Source of the DNA: Planctomycetota bacterium
GTDB taxonomy: Bacteria > Planctomycetota > UBA1135
DNA: 47,055 bases
Assembly (NCBI GenBank): GCA_014382805.1
Contig: JACNIZ010000220.1
Span: 1-47,055, forward strand
Direction: 5' to 3'
In this document: one piece after another, positions 19,051 to 27,537 of the stretch
How the letters are laid out: every line of letters starts with the position of its first letter
How positions within the stretch are numbered: the stretch's first letter is position 1
The notes under the pieces: model-generated
Databases searched by the model: none
Told to the model about the DNA's origin: nothing
What the model saw: only the letters and a program-made list of their open reading frames with translations
Program-made: the position numbers and the translations under genes

Positions 19051-21948
19051 ATGGCATTCCCCCGCCTTCTGGCTTGGCTTTTATTATCCCTTGCGACGTC
19101 AGCCTGCACCCAGGAGCAAAGGTCGACGCAATCGCCGCGCGAGAGTATTTCTCTAGCCGGCGAATGGCAAGTGAAGTTGGATCCGCAAAACCTTGGTTTT
19201 GACGAGCGCTGGTTTGCATCACCGATTTCCGCCGACGTCATTTCATTACCGAACACGACGGATCTTGCTGGTATCGGGTTTAAGTTGAATGAGGAATCCA
19301 TGTCCTACCCAGCTGAATTTGTTGATTCAGTTTGGCCGGGGCGTGGAGCGACGCAGCGATTGGATGAATCAGGACATTTGGTGCGCGATCCGATGTACGT
19401 CGGCAAGGCTTGGTATCAGCGTGAAATTGTAGTGCCGAAAAATTGGCAGGCTAAGTTGATTCAATTGCAGCTCGAGCGAGTGATGTGGCAATCGCAGGTT
19501 TGGGTGGATGATACCTTCGTTGGTTCGTACGACAGCTTGGCTACGCCGCATGAGTTCGAATTGAATTCGCTCAGCCCTGGGACTCATCGCCTGACGATTT
19601 GTGTGGACAATGGCATGATTCATGACATTGGAATTATTGGACATGCTTATGGACCGGAAACGCAGACACGGTGGAATGGGATTTTGGGAGATATGGAATT
19701 GATTGCGACGCCGTTGATACGCTTGTCGAAATTGCGGGTATTCCCTCCTGCGAATGGCAAGCCCTTGAAAGCGGAGGTTAGAATTGAGGGTCCAAGCAAG
19801 GAATTAGTGAAGGGAAAGCTGGTGTTCAAAGTTTGGGATGAAACAAGATCCTATTTATTAGGCCAACGCTCGATTGAAGTTAAGATCGGCGGCAGCAATG
19901 GGGATAGAAAGGGCGGAGTCATTGTATTAAGCCTGAACATGGCCTCGCAGTTATTGAGCTGGGATGAATTCACGCCCAATCGATACATATTCGAAGCCAC
20001 TCTCCGAGGCCGGGGAATCATCGATCAATTGCAAACTCGATTTGGCATCCGTGAATTGGAAAGGAAGGGGCGTCGAATTCTCGTCAATGAACAACCGATA
20101 TTTTTGCGCGGTACTTTAGATTGTGCGGTTTACCCGCAAACTGGACATCCGCCGACTAGTGTGAGGGAGTGGCAGCAGAACTTGCAGGAGATTAAAAATC
20201 ACGGCTTTAATCACGTGCGTTTTCATACTTGGTGCCCGCCTGAAGCTGCGTTTGAGGCGGCGGATCGCATTGGCATGTATTTGTGTCCAGAAACGGCGTT
20301 TTGGGTGGATAACTGGACGTCGGAAATTGGGTTGAAGCCGAAATTATTGGGTGGGGATGATGAAATTACGGATTATGTGCGCAAGGAAATTGGGCGCATT
20401 AGCGCAACCTATGGCAACCATCCGTCCTTTGCATTTTTCTGCATAGGAAATGAATTCGGCATGGATTCTGATTGGGAAACCGTGCAGGAACTCGTCGCCG
20501 AAGTCAAAAATTATGATCCGCGCCATCTTTACAACGGCACCACGGCTCGTAAGCACGTCGCCGCCGACGACTTTTGGGTTACGCATCGCACCGATCAAAG
20601 CGTGCGCGGAACTGGGCCGCCGCACACTGACTGGGATCATGCCGCCGCCATCGCGACCACTGAGCTACCGGTGATTTCGCACGAAACAGGGCAGCATCCG
20701 GTGTTCCCGGACTACCCCGATCTGCTACCAAAATTCACTGGCCCATTGCGTCCGCATAATTACCAACGGCTTTGGAACGAACTCAAAGAGGCGGGGTTGG
20801 AAAATCAAATTGCAGACTTTGAATGGGCTTCGGCGCGCTTTCAAATGGTGCAGTACAAAGCCGAACACGAAGGCATGTTGCGCACTCCGCAGTTAGCGGG
20901 TTACCAACTCTTAATGCTCAACGATTTCACCGGCCAAAGCGAAGCGCTGGTCGGAATTTTGGATCCATTTTTGCAGTCCAAGGGCGTCGTCACCAAAGAA
21001 GAATTGCTGCAATGGAACTCGCCGACGGTACCGTTGGCGCGTTTTGAGCGATATGTTTGGACGTCTGCCGAAACCTTTCAAGCCGACTTGCAAGTGCGGC
21101 ACCACGGGCGACGTCCTTTAGCTCCGACCGCCGTGACCTGGTCGCTTTCCTCTTCAGATCACCAGTTCCATGTGCAAAAAACCATTTCCAGCGACGAAAT
21201 CCCTCTAGGCGGAATCACTCCGCTTGGCACCATTTCCGTGCCTCTCGATTCGATCACTCAAGCGACCGCACTGACGCTGAAAATTGAGATCGCGAATTCG
21301 AGTAATCAGTGGAAAATTTGGGTGTACCCACCCAACTCGTCCGCGAATTCCGCCGACCCGGCGGATGCGACGGATGCGACGGATGCGACGGATGCGACGG
21401 AAAATCAAATCGTGATAACCGAAAGCTGGAGTCCGCAAATTCAACAAGCGCTTGCCGACGGCGGAAAAGTGCTGCTGTTAGCACATGGCCTAAAAAACTC
21501 AGCAAGCAAACCAACTAAGTTCGGCTCGGTGTATTGGTCGGCAGGCTGGTGGGGCGACGCGTTTTCGCACTTAGGTTTGCTTTGCCAACCGAATCACCCA
21601 GCTTTGGCAGAATTCCCCAACGACGGCCACAGTGATTGGCAGTGGTATGACCTCTGCAACAACGCGACCACCTTCAAACTCGAAAATGCTCCGGCCGATT
21701 TCCGCCCGATTGTGCAATTAGTGCCAGATTTCCACCACAACCAATTGCTCGGGCAGCTCATCGAATGCAAAGTTGGCGTCGGCAAGCTGATGATCTGTGG
21801 CTACGACCTCAGCACCGACTTGCCCAATCGCCATGCAGCGCGCCAACTCCGTCGCAGCCTGCTGAAGTACATGCAAAACGATTCTTTCGAGCCCCAATTT
21901 GAATTGGAATTAACAGTGCTCGGTCAGCTACTCACCGCGGCCAATTAA
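19051..21948 (+). CDS. Glycoside hydrolase family 2 (beta-galactosidase/glucuronidase-like), predicted lipoprotein
   Basis: GKAWYQREI, LERV, FGIRE, GFNHVRFH, IGNEF (acid/base), ISHETG (nucleophile); lipobox TSAC. Start is 19051 or 19045. Confidence 0.88.
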   Translation: MAFPRLLAWLLLSLATSACTQEQRSTQSPRESISLAGEWQVKLDPQNLGFDERWFASPISADVISLPNTTDLAGIGFKLNEESMSYPAEFVDSVWPGRGATQRLDESGHLVRDPMYVGKAWYQREIVVPKNWQAKLIQLQLERVMWQSQVWVDDTFVGSYDSLATPHEFELNSLSPGTHRLTICVDNGMIHDIGIIGHAYGPETQTRWNGILGDMELIATPLIRLSKLRVFPPANGKPLKAEVRIEGPSKELVKGKLVFKVWDETRSYLLGQRSIEVKIGGSNGDRKGGVIVLSLNMASQLLSWDEFTPNRYIFEATLRGRGIIDQLQTRFGIRELERKGRRILVNEQPIFLRGTLDCAVYPQTGHPPTSVREWQQNLQEIKNHGFNHVRFHTWCPPEAAFEAADRIGMYLCPETAFWVDNWTSEIGLKPKLLGGDDEITDYVRKEIGRISATYGNHPSFAFFCIGNEFGMDSDWETVQELVAEVKNYDPRHLYNGTTARKHVAADDFWVTHRTDQSVRGTGPPHTDWDHAAAIATTELPVISHETGQHPVFPDYPDLLPKFTGPLRPHNYQRLWNELKEAGLENQIADFEWASARFQMVQYKAEHEGMLRTPQLAGYQLLMLNDFTGQSEALVGILDPFLQSKGVVTKEELLQWNSPTVPLARFERYVWTSAETFQADLQVRHHGRRPLAPTAVTWSLSSSDHQFHVQKTISSDEIPLGGITPLGTISVPLDSITQATALTLKIEIANSSNQWKIWVYPPNSSANSADPADATDATDATDATENQIVITESWSPQIQQALADGGKVLLLAHGLKNSASKPTKFGSVYWSAGWWGDAFSHLGLLCQPNHPALAEFPNDGHSDWQWYDLCNNATTFKLENAPADFRPIVQLVPDFHHNQLLGQLIECKVGVGKLMICGYDLSTDLPNRHAARQLRRSLLKYMQNDSFEPQFELELTVLGQLLTAAN
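21362..21401 (+). repeat. In-frame 9-bp tandem repeat (CGGATGCGA x4.4) encoding a DAT linker in the GH2 gene
   Basis: Read directly at 21362-21401; protein ADATDATDATDATE. Confidence 0.95.
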
Positions 21949-23113
21949 TTTCCGTCCAACGAAAGCCACCGGGTCGGGATTGGTCTGCAATCAAAATTGC
22001 CGACGCCTTGCCAGCCTCATTCGGCGCCTGCAGGGCACGGGAAATGGTGAAACTAACTTTCCACTCCCCCTCCTTGATCGGCGCCACCGTCACTGGGCTC
22101 AACCACTGCCTATCCAAAAAAGTGCTGCCTTGCGGTCCACGTCGTAAGCCATTGATCACCAACATGCTGTCGCGCGGGGACATGGAATTTGAAATTCGGT
22201 TCATTGCTGGGTGCATGTACGCATTGCCTTCGTCGTAAAAACAACGCCACGTGCACTCGGCGAACTTGAAGACTTCATCCTTGACCCGCTGTACTTCGGT
22301 CAGCGCTTGTTCACTACCAGGTAAAAAACTACGCGCGTCGAGCAATTTGACGTCGGACCGCCAGCGCAGTTGTTCCAAAAACCAATATTTGTGCCCGGCG
22401 CCGAAGGTGATCAGAATCCGCTTGCCCGGATGGCGTTTGATAGCCTGATCGATCAACGCATAGTGAGCTTCATTGATTTGCGTCCAACCGCCGACGCCAA
22501 TTCGAGAATTTAGCCAATGATCGTACGGCAGCAGCGTTCCCTTGGTTACATGGTCATATTGCGGCGAGTGAATCACCATAGGGTCGGCGTCGGCGAGGGC
22601 GTGCGGCGCGGCCCACTTTGCCACCCAAGCCTCCGCTTGGCGATAAGCGCTCCAATCGGTTTGGCCAACTTCACCTTCTTTGCCTGCTTTTTCAAATTCA
22701 GCAATCACTTTCCCCCTAGCCGACGCCATCGCCGACGTCCACGCTGCGCATGGCTCCAACTCAAATTTCAACTCATCCATCAGCGGCAACACCACGTCGG
22801 TGTATTCAGGGAAGCGTTTGATACGAGCATCTTCAATCACTTTTTTTTCCCGCCACAGCTTGGACGCCGCTGGCCAGAGGTTCGGTGGAATTTCACAAAG
22901 CACCACATCCGGCTGAATGCGACGAATCGTTTCGCGCACCTCATCCAAACCCCAAAGCTCGCTATTGCGATGGCCACCGTGAATCATGCCTAACACGATG
23001 ACTTCACACATTGCCGGCGGCGCCACCGGCGGTTGTTGCGCATCGGCGACAGGTGAACTGGCGCTTTGCTGTGCAAGGGCAAAATGCAAAATGGCGATGC
23101 AGAGTAGGTTCAT
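21932..23113 (-). CDS. Secreted hypothetical protein, TraB/GumN/Tiki-like core plus C-terminal extension
   Basis: VIVLGMIH, QPDVVLCE and ILITFGAGH pattern resembles the TraB/Tiki superfamily; short hydrophobic N-terminus. Confidence 0.55.
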   Translation of the reverse strand: MNLLCIAILHFALAQQSASSPVADAQQPPVAPPAMCEVIVLGMIHGGHRNSELWGLDEVRETIRRIQPDVVLCEIPPNLWPAASKLWREKKVIEDARIKRFPEYTDVVLPLMDELKFELEPCAAWTSAMASARGKVIAEFEKAGKEGEVGQTDWSAYRQAEAWVAKWAAPHALADADPMVIHSPQYDHVTKGTLLPYDHWLNSRIGVGGWTQINEAHYALIDQAIKRHPGKRILITFGAGHKYWFLEQLRWRSDVKLLDARSFLPGSEQALTEVQRVKDEVFKFAECTWRCFYDEGNAYMHPAMNRISNSMSPRDSMLVINGLRRGPQGSTFLDRQWLSPVTVAPIKEGEWKVSFTISRALQAPNEAGKASAILIADQSRPGGFRWTEINWPR

Positions 23114-23115
23114 TT

Positions 23116-23577
23116 TTATCTTCTTAAATTCAAAGAGTAGTAGTCGTATTCACTTTCAAGTTTCCAGCCTAGCTGCCGATACAAGGCCGCCGCGTTGCCA
23201 TTTTCTTTTTGCGTTTCCAGTGCCATACCGGCCGCTCCATCGGCGACCGCAAATTTCTGTGCCTCCGCCATCAAAGCCTTAGCGACGCCATTACGCCTGC
23301 AATTCTCATGCACAAACAAATCATTCAGGATCCAAATTCGGGCCATGCCTACGCTGGTGAACGTCGGGTAAAGCTGAGTGAATCCGGCCGCCTCGCCGTT
23401 CAGCGTCGCCAAAAACACTACCGAATCACCCGCACGCAGGCGCTGTTGCAAAAACTCGCGCGCTTTTTCAGGCGCAGAGTCCTGCTGATAAAAAACCCGG
23501 TAGCAATCGAACAATCCCGCCAGCGTGTCCAGGTCGTTCAGATCGGCGCGGTGCAAACTCAGGTCCGTCGACTTCAT
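23116..23577 (-). CDS. GNAT family N-acetyltransferase
   Basis: WILNDLFVHENCRRNGVAKALM acetyl-CoA motif A; NGNAAALYRQLGW. Start is 23577 or 23601. Confidence 0.9.
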   Translation of the reverse strand: MKSTDLSLHRADLNDLDTLAGLFDCYRVFYQQDSAPEKAREFLQQRLRAGDSVVFLATLNGEAAGFTQLYPTFTSVGMARIWILNDLFVHENCRRNGVAKALMAEAQKFAVADGAAGMALETQKENGNAAALYRQLGWKLESEYDYYSLNLRR

Positions 23578-23625
23578 GCCATTGAGTCTAACGCCTGGCA
23601 TAATAGAAATACCCAGACTAATTCC

Positions 23626-24441
23626 ATGCGCTTTTCCCTACTCCTGCCTCTTTTGTTTGCCGCTTGCCAAACTCCTGCTCCCGAACCCCAGGAGAAAATT
23701 GAATCCCCTCAGCCCGTTGCCACTTTTGAACAACAGTTGGCGAAAAATCACGCTACTTGGATGGAGCAAGCACCGGCGCTGATTCAAGATCAGCCTGGGG
23801 ATTGGGTGCTCATCGCCGACGGTGCGGTCCAGGGAACATGGAGCGATGCCGACTCCGCGTGGGAGCAAGCGCAGGCTTTGCCAGAGAAATGGTTACACGC
23901 CTATCTTTATCGCGCCGGCATAGATGACGTCGAAATTACTTTTCAACTCTCGCCGTTTACCAGTCAGCGCCCACACTGGGTGCAACTAGGGAGACAGATC
24001 CGCATGCCGTGGAAGTTGACGATTGCCGCCGTGGACAATACTTGGTATCGCGACGACAAAAAAGTGTCCTGGGGATCCATGGAGGCGCAGCTGCAGTTAG
24101 AAAATGCAAGTGGCTCCAAGCAGCATCGTGTTCAAGCGGTGGCAAGCAATATGTTTTTGCACGATTTGACCCTACGCGCTGCTGACGCACAAGCATTGGG
24201 TTTGGGAAGAATCACTGCGCCGCTGCAAGCATTTTATGGCGACGCCAGTCGACCTTGCGAAAAGGTTGTTTTACGTTTGCGCATACCGGAATTGGACATC
24301 GATGAAATCGCGGTTGCTTTTGTTTTTCGCGAAGCTGATACGCCGAGCGAGCTCCAGGAAAGCCTTGACGGTTTAATTATCGAACAGCAAAATCTCGTTG
24401 ACGTGCACGCCTTCGTTGGCACTGTTCCGCAGCATGATTAA
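23626..24441 (+). CDS. Lipoprotein with DUF5678-like and degenerate retropepsin-like domains
   Basis: Likely start MRFSLLLPLLFAAC (lipobox); the upstream part of the 23209 ORF is antisense to the GNAT gene. Domain calls are by motif resemblance. Confidence 0.6.
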   Translation: MRFSLLLPLLFAACQTPAPEPQEKIESPQPVATFEQQLAKNHATWMEQAPALIQDQPGDWVLIADGAVQGTWSDADSAWEQAQALPEKWLHAYLYRAGIDDVEITFQLSPFTSQRPHWVQLGRQIRMPWKLTIAAVDNTWYRDDKKVSWGSMEAQLQLENASGSKQHRVQAVASNMFLHDLTLRAADAQALGLGRITAPLQAFYGDASRPCEKVVLRLRIPELDIDEIAVAFVFREADTPSELQESLDGLIIEQQNLVDVHAFVGTVPQHD

Positions 24442-26928
24442 GCGAGCGTAACGTGCCTGAGTAGGCGGGAACTTGTGCTCCACTCCACTGGAAGAAGATG
24501 CCTCAACATTGGCTGATGCATCGATCGCTTGCTGCCACTTTTCACCGTCGACGGAAAGTTCTAGCTGGTATTGGTAGTGGCGGTAGCCGTCGTTGTAAAA
24601 GTAAAACTTCGCTCGTTGCAGAGTTTGCACGGCCTCTAAATCAATGGTCAAGGTGGCTGGAGATTCGCCGCAATGCCAGCCAGATTCATTGCCAATGATT
24701 CCATCCACCGCGCCCTTGGCGGTCATGTTGCCTTGATGTCCGGCCGACGAAACGATGGGTTTTCCGGTCGCCATGCTGCGGAATAATTGCGCACGAGGGT
24801 CGATGAATTCCGACGCGGTTAAGGTCGGCGTAGTGGATTTCCCGCGAACGACAAAGTCATCAAAAGACAATGGCGATGCCATGCCAGGTCCTTGCAGCTT
24901 GATGTTTAATTCGTTTTGCACGTATTCAAAATGGAAACGAATACGGAAATCATAGACCCCTGCTTGCAGATCGGAACGACCGTGAGCTTCGCGATTGCCA
25001 CGCGAAACCGCAACCTCCGTACCGCCTAAAGTTAACTCCGCCGCGCCATCATTTGCGCGCACAAAAAAAGTGTATTCGCCATCGCTCGGCAGTTGCAATT
25101 TACCGGTCAATTCCAGCGAATACGGACGCCATTGCCGCCGCGGCAACCATTCCAATCCCGCCTCGGGCAGCGCCGGAATGCGCGTATCGATGTGGCCTAG
25201 TTCGGCGACGCGGGCAAATAGTTCACGATTGACTTCTTTGATGCGGGCATTACCAGTGCCAGCAAAATTCCCCTTAGCTCGCACTCCAATTTGATCAACG
25301 TCTAGCACCTCGCCAGTGCCCAACGGAATCGGCCAAGCTGCACGCCAATGGTAGGCGAGGTCTTTGTCCGGAACTGGATATGCATTCGACTTTTGCTTCG
25401 CGGTAACAATTGCTTCCGCCAAATTTGGGCGCAGCATGCGTTGCACCACTCGGTCTAAGCTACCGCGTCTGCTCCTAAAGCTATCGACGCTCAAGTCCTC
25501 TTCCGCATTCCACATCCGAGAGGAAACCGCAGCCAAAATTTCATAACTAGCCCCCAAAATCGCATCGGGGCGCTGCTCCCAAACGCACATTTGCGCACCG
25601 AGCACAGCGGCAGATGGATCTAGTCGAAATTCCGGACCGCCCAAGCGTTGCCGCAAATGAAACACATCCCAATCCAGCGCGCGTTGCAAAGACGGCACCC
25701 AACATTGCGACGGCACCACGTAAAGCGGATCCCATCCACAATTCACGATTTCATAACCGTTGTCCACCAAAGCCTGCGGTGATTGAAAAGTCAAATTCCA
25801 AGCCATCACCAAAACATCTTTGGGAATTGGCGCAGCTTCGGTACCCGTGCCATGAAACCCCTCCCAAATCACCGGCCGACGTCCGCGCTTGCGCACCATT
25901 TCGCACACCCGTCCTACAAAGTGGCAATACAGCTCGCCGACGTCGCCTTTGATCGCGCGCGGCAGAAAATGTTTTTGCACATACTCGTCGTATTCAGGCA
26001 GCGTGCGCAAATGCCCAGCGGAAACTTCGTCGGCACCTAGATGGATGTATGGACTGTGAATAAAGACGTCGCAAACTTCGCCGATGAGTACATCTAAGGC
26101 TTGATAGGCACGCTCACTGGCCATGTTGACCACACCGGTTGAGCGCGGTTTGCCGGTTTTTGCGTCGATAGTTCCAAACAGATCCGGCCGCGCGCGCACC
26201 ATGACCCCGGCGTGGGCGGGCATGTCCATTTCCGGCACCAAGACGATTCCCCGAGCTTGCGCAAAGGCGACCAAATCCACCAGTTCCTGACGCGTGAAAT
26301 GCAAGCGTTCACCATTCCTGCCGACGCTACCCAACTCTGGATAAGCAGTACTCGGAAAGGTGAAATACTGGTCGTCGCTCAAATGCAGGTGCACGCGATT
26401 CAAGCCCGTCAGCCAGGCTAGCTCCACCACTTCGCGCACGTCAGCGATGGTGTGTGGAAACCGCGCGACGTCGATCATGATGCCGCGCCATTCTGCTTCG
26501 GGCATATCCACAAATTCAAGCTTTGGGACCGACCAGCGAAATCTCTTGTCGGATTCACTCGGATCACCATCGTCCGGTTTCTGGTTAACTAAGCGCAACA
26601 AGCGCGCCGCCCCATTCGCCAGGCCAGCCTGATCTGAGCCAGCGATGACCACTTTATTGGTCATCGCGTCGATCAAAAATGCCCCAGTTTTAGCAATCTC
26701 ATGGTCTAAGGGATTGAGCATCAACTCAATCACAGACTTTGATTCTGTGGTCTTAGCAATGGCTAAATTCAACTGCGAGCCGCTGATACGCATCAACCCA
26801 TCTTGCAACGCCTGCGCCACTGGCATCGCCACCTCGGCGGTGGGCTGCAACACCGTATGTTCGCTGAAGACGAAGTCTGTCGTCTGCGCAGCGCAAAGCA
26901 AACCGAGTGCCATTTCACAAAAAAGCAT
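24373..26928 (-). CDS. GH20 beta-N-acetylhexosaminidase with PA14 and F5/8 type C (CBM32) domains
   Basis: WRGIMIDVAR, HLHLSDDQ, PEMDMPAH, HLGADEV (catalytic DE); PA14-like GEYTFFVRANDG; discoidin-like LTIDLE...SVDGEKW...ARYARL. Confidence 0.9.
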   Translation of the reverse strand: MLFCEMALGLLCAAQTTDFVFSEHTVLQPTAEVAMPVAQALQDGLMRISGSQLNLAIAKTTESKSVIELMLNPLDHEIAKTGAFLIDAMTNKVVIAGSDQAGLANGAARLLRLVNQKPDDGDPSESDKRFRWSVPKLEFVDMPEAEWRGIMIDVARFPHTIADVREVVELAWLTGLNRVHLHLSDDQYFTFPSTAYPELGSVGRNGERLHFTRQELVDLVAFAQARGIVLVPEMDMPAHAGVMVRARPDLFGTIDAKTGKPRSTGVVNMASERAYQALDVLIGEVCDVFIHSPYIHLGADEVSAGHLRTLPEYDEYVQKHFLPRAIKGDVGELYCHFVGRVCEMVRKRGRRPVIWEGFHGTGTEAAPIPKDVLVMAWNLTFQSPQALVDNGYEIVNCGWDPLYVVPSQCWVPSLQRALDWDVFHLRQRLGGPEFRLDPSAAVLGAQMCVWEQRPDAILGASYEILAAVSSRMWNAEEDLSVDSFRSRRGSLDRVVQRMLRPNLAEAIVTAKQKSNAYPVPDKDLAYHWRAAWPIPLGTGEVLDVDQIGVRAKGNFAGTGNARIKEVNRELFARVAELGHIDTRIPALPEAGLEWLPRRQWRPYSLELTGKLQLPSDGEYTFFVRANDGAAELTLGGTEVAVSRGNREAHGRSDLQAGVYDFRIRFHFEYVQNELNIKLQGPGMASPLSFDDFVVRGKSTTPTLTASEFIDPRAQLFRSMATGKPIVSSAGHQGNMTAKGAVDGIIGNESGWHCGESPATLTIDLEAVQTLQRAKFYFYNDGYRHYQYQLELSVDGEKWQQAIDASANVEASSSSGVEHKFPPTQARYARLIMLRNSANEGVHVNEILLFDN

Positions 26929-26988
26929 GGCTGCAATTTACTCGCCGTTGAATTGCCAAAACAACGAATCGCCAGACAATTTAGACTT

Positions 26989-27529
26989 CTAACACGACCA
27001 TTTAGCCATTCTTTTCACCGCTAATTCACCGGCGCACCTCGTAAATTGCGCGTGTTCGGAACCGTAAACACCCTCCAAAATTGAGGTCGCCTTAAGGTAT
27101 GCCTCCACAGTTTCAGGCAAGCAGGTGGCAGCATGCAGCTCCTTTCCGCGCCGCCAAAAAATAACAGCGACGGCCGGGCTTTCTTCCGGATAGCTTTGCA
27201 GCGTGTTTTCCAGTGCTAGGTCCAAGGTGCTCATCGCGGCATCGAATTGATTTGTGTGAATTAGGCAGCCAGCGTATTCGCGTTGGCACAGCGTGTGATA
27301 AATCGACGACGTGCTAGCGGTCGCGGCACAGGCGGCGAATGATTTGATAAGCAGTGCCGACGAAACTTTGCTCCAAATTTTCACCTAGCTCCGCGGGCGG
27401 TCTGAGAGTTGCAAAATCAACCGCTGAATTCAAATCCACATTCAATGATGGGTCATCCGCCGCTTGATCCAACGCTTGCATTCACGCCGAACACTGTTGC
27501 AAATGGCTCTCAATTTCCGCCTTAGCATC
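26989..27529 (-). pseudogene. Relic of a zf-HC2 - Ser/Thr kinase - TPR gene with a large internal deletion
   Basis: One frame reads EIESHLQQCSA*MQAL (HxxxCxxC with TGA) then YQIIRRLCRDR*HVVD (decayed LGRGGMGVVY). Another frame continues as TPR-like text (ALE...YPEESPAVA...ILEGVYGSEH). Confidence 0.6.
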
Positions 27530-27537
27530 CTACTCCG

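Noticed and set aside
21362-21401. Repeat as a CRISPR array
   Set aside because: 9-bp tandem units without spacers, inside a CDS, and no cas genes.
23209-23625. N-terminal 139 aa of the 410-aa ORF
   Set aside because: Antisense to the GNAT gene; a clear lipoprotein signal begins at ATG 23626.
27482-27484. TGA at a Cys position as selenocysteine
   Set aside because: The locus lacks a start and has a further stop, a frame change and a deletion; pseudogene decay is the simpler explanation.
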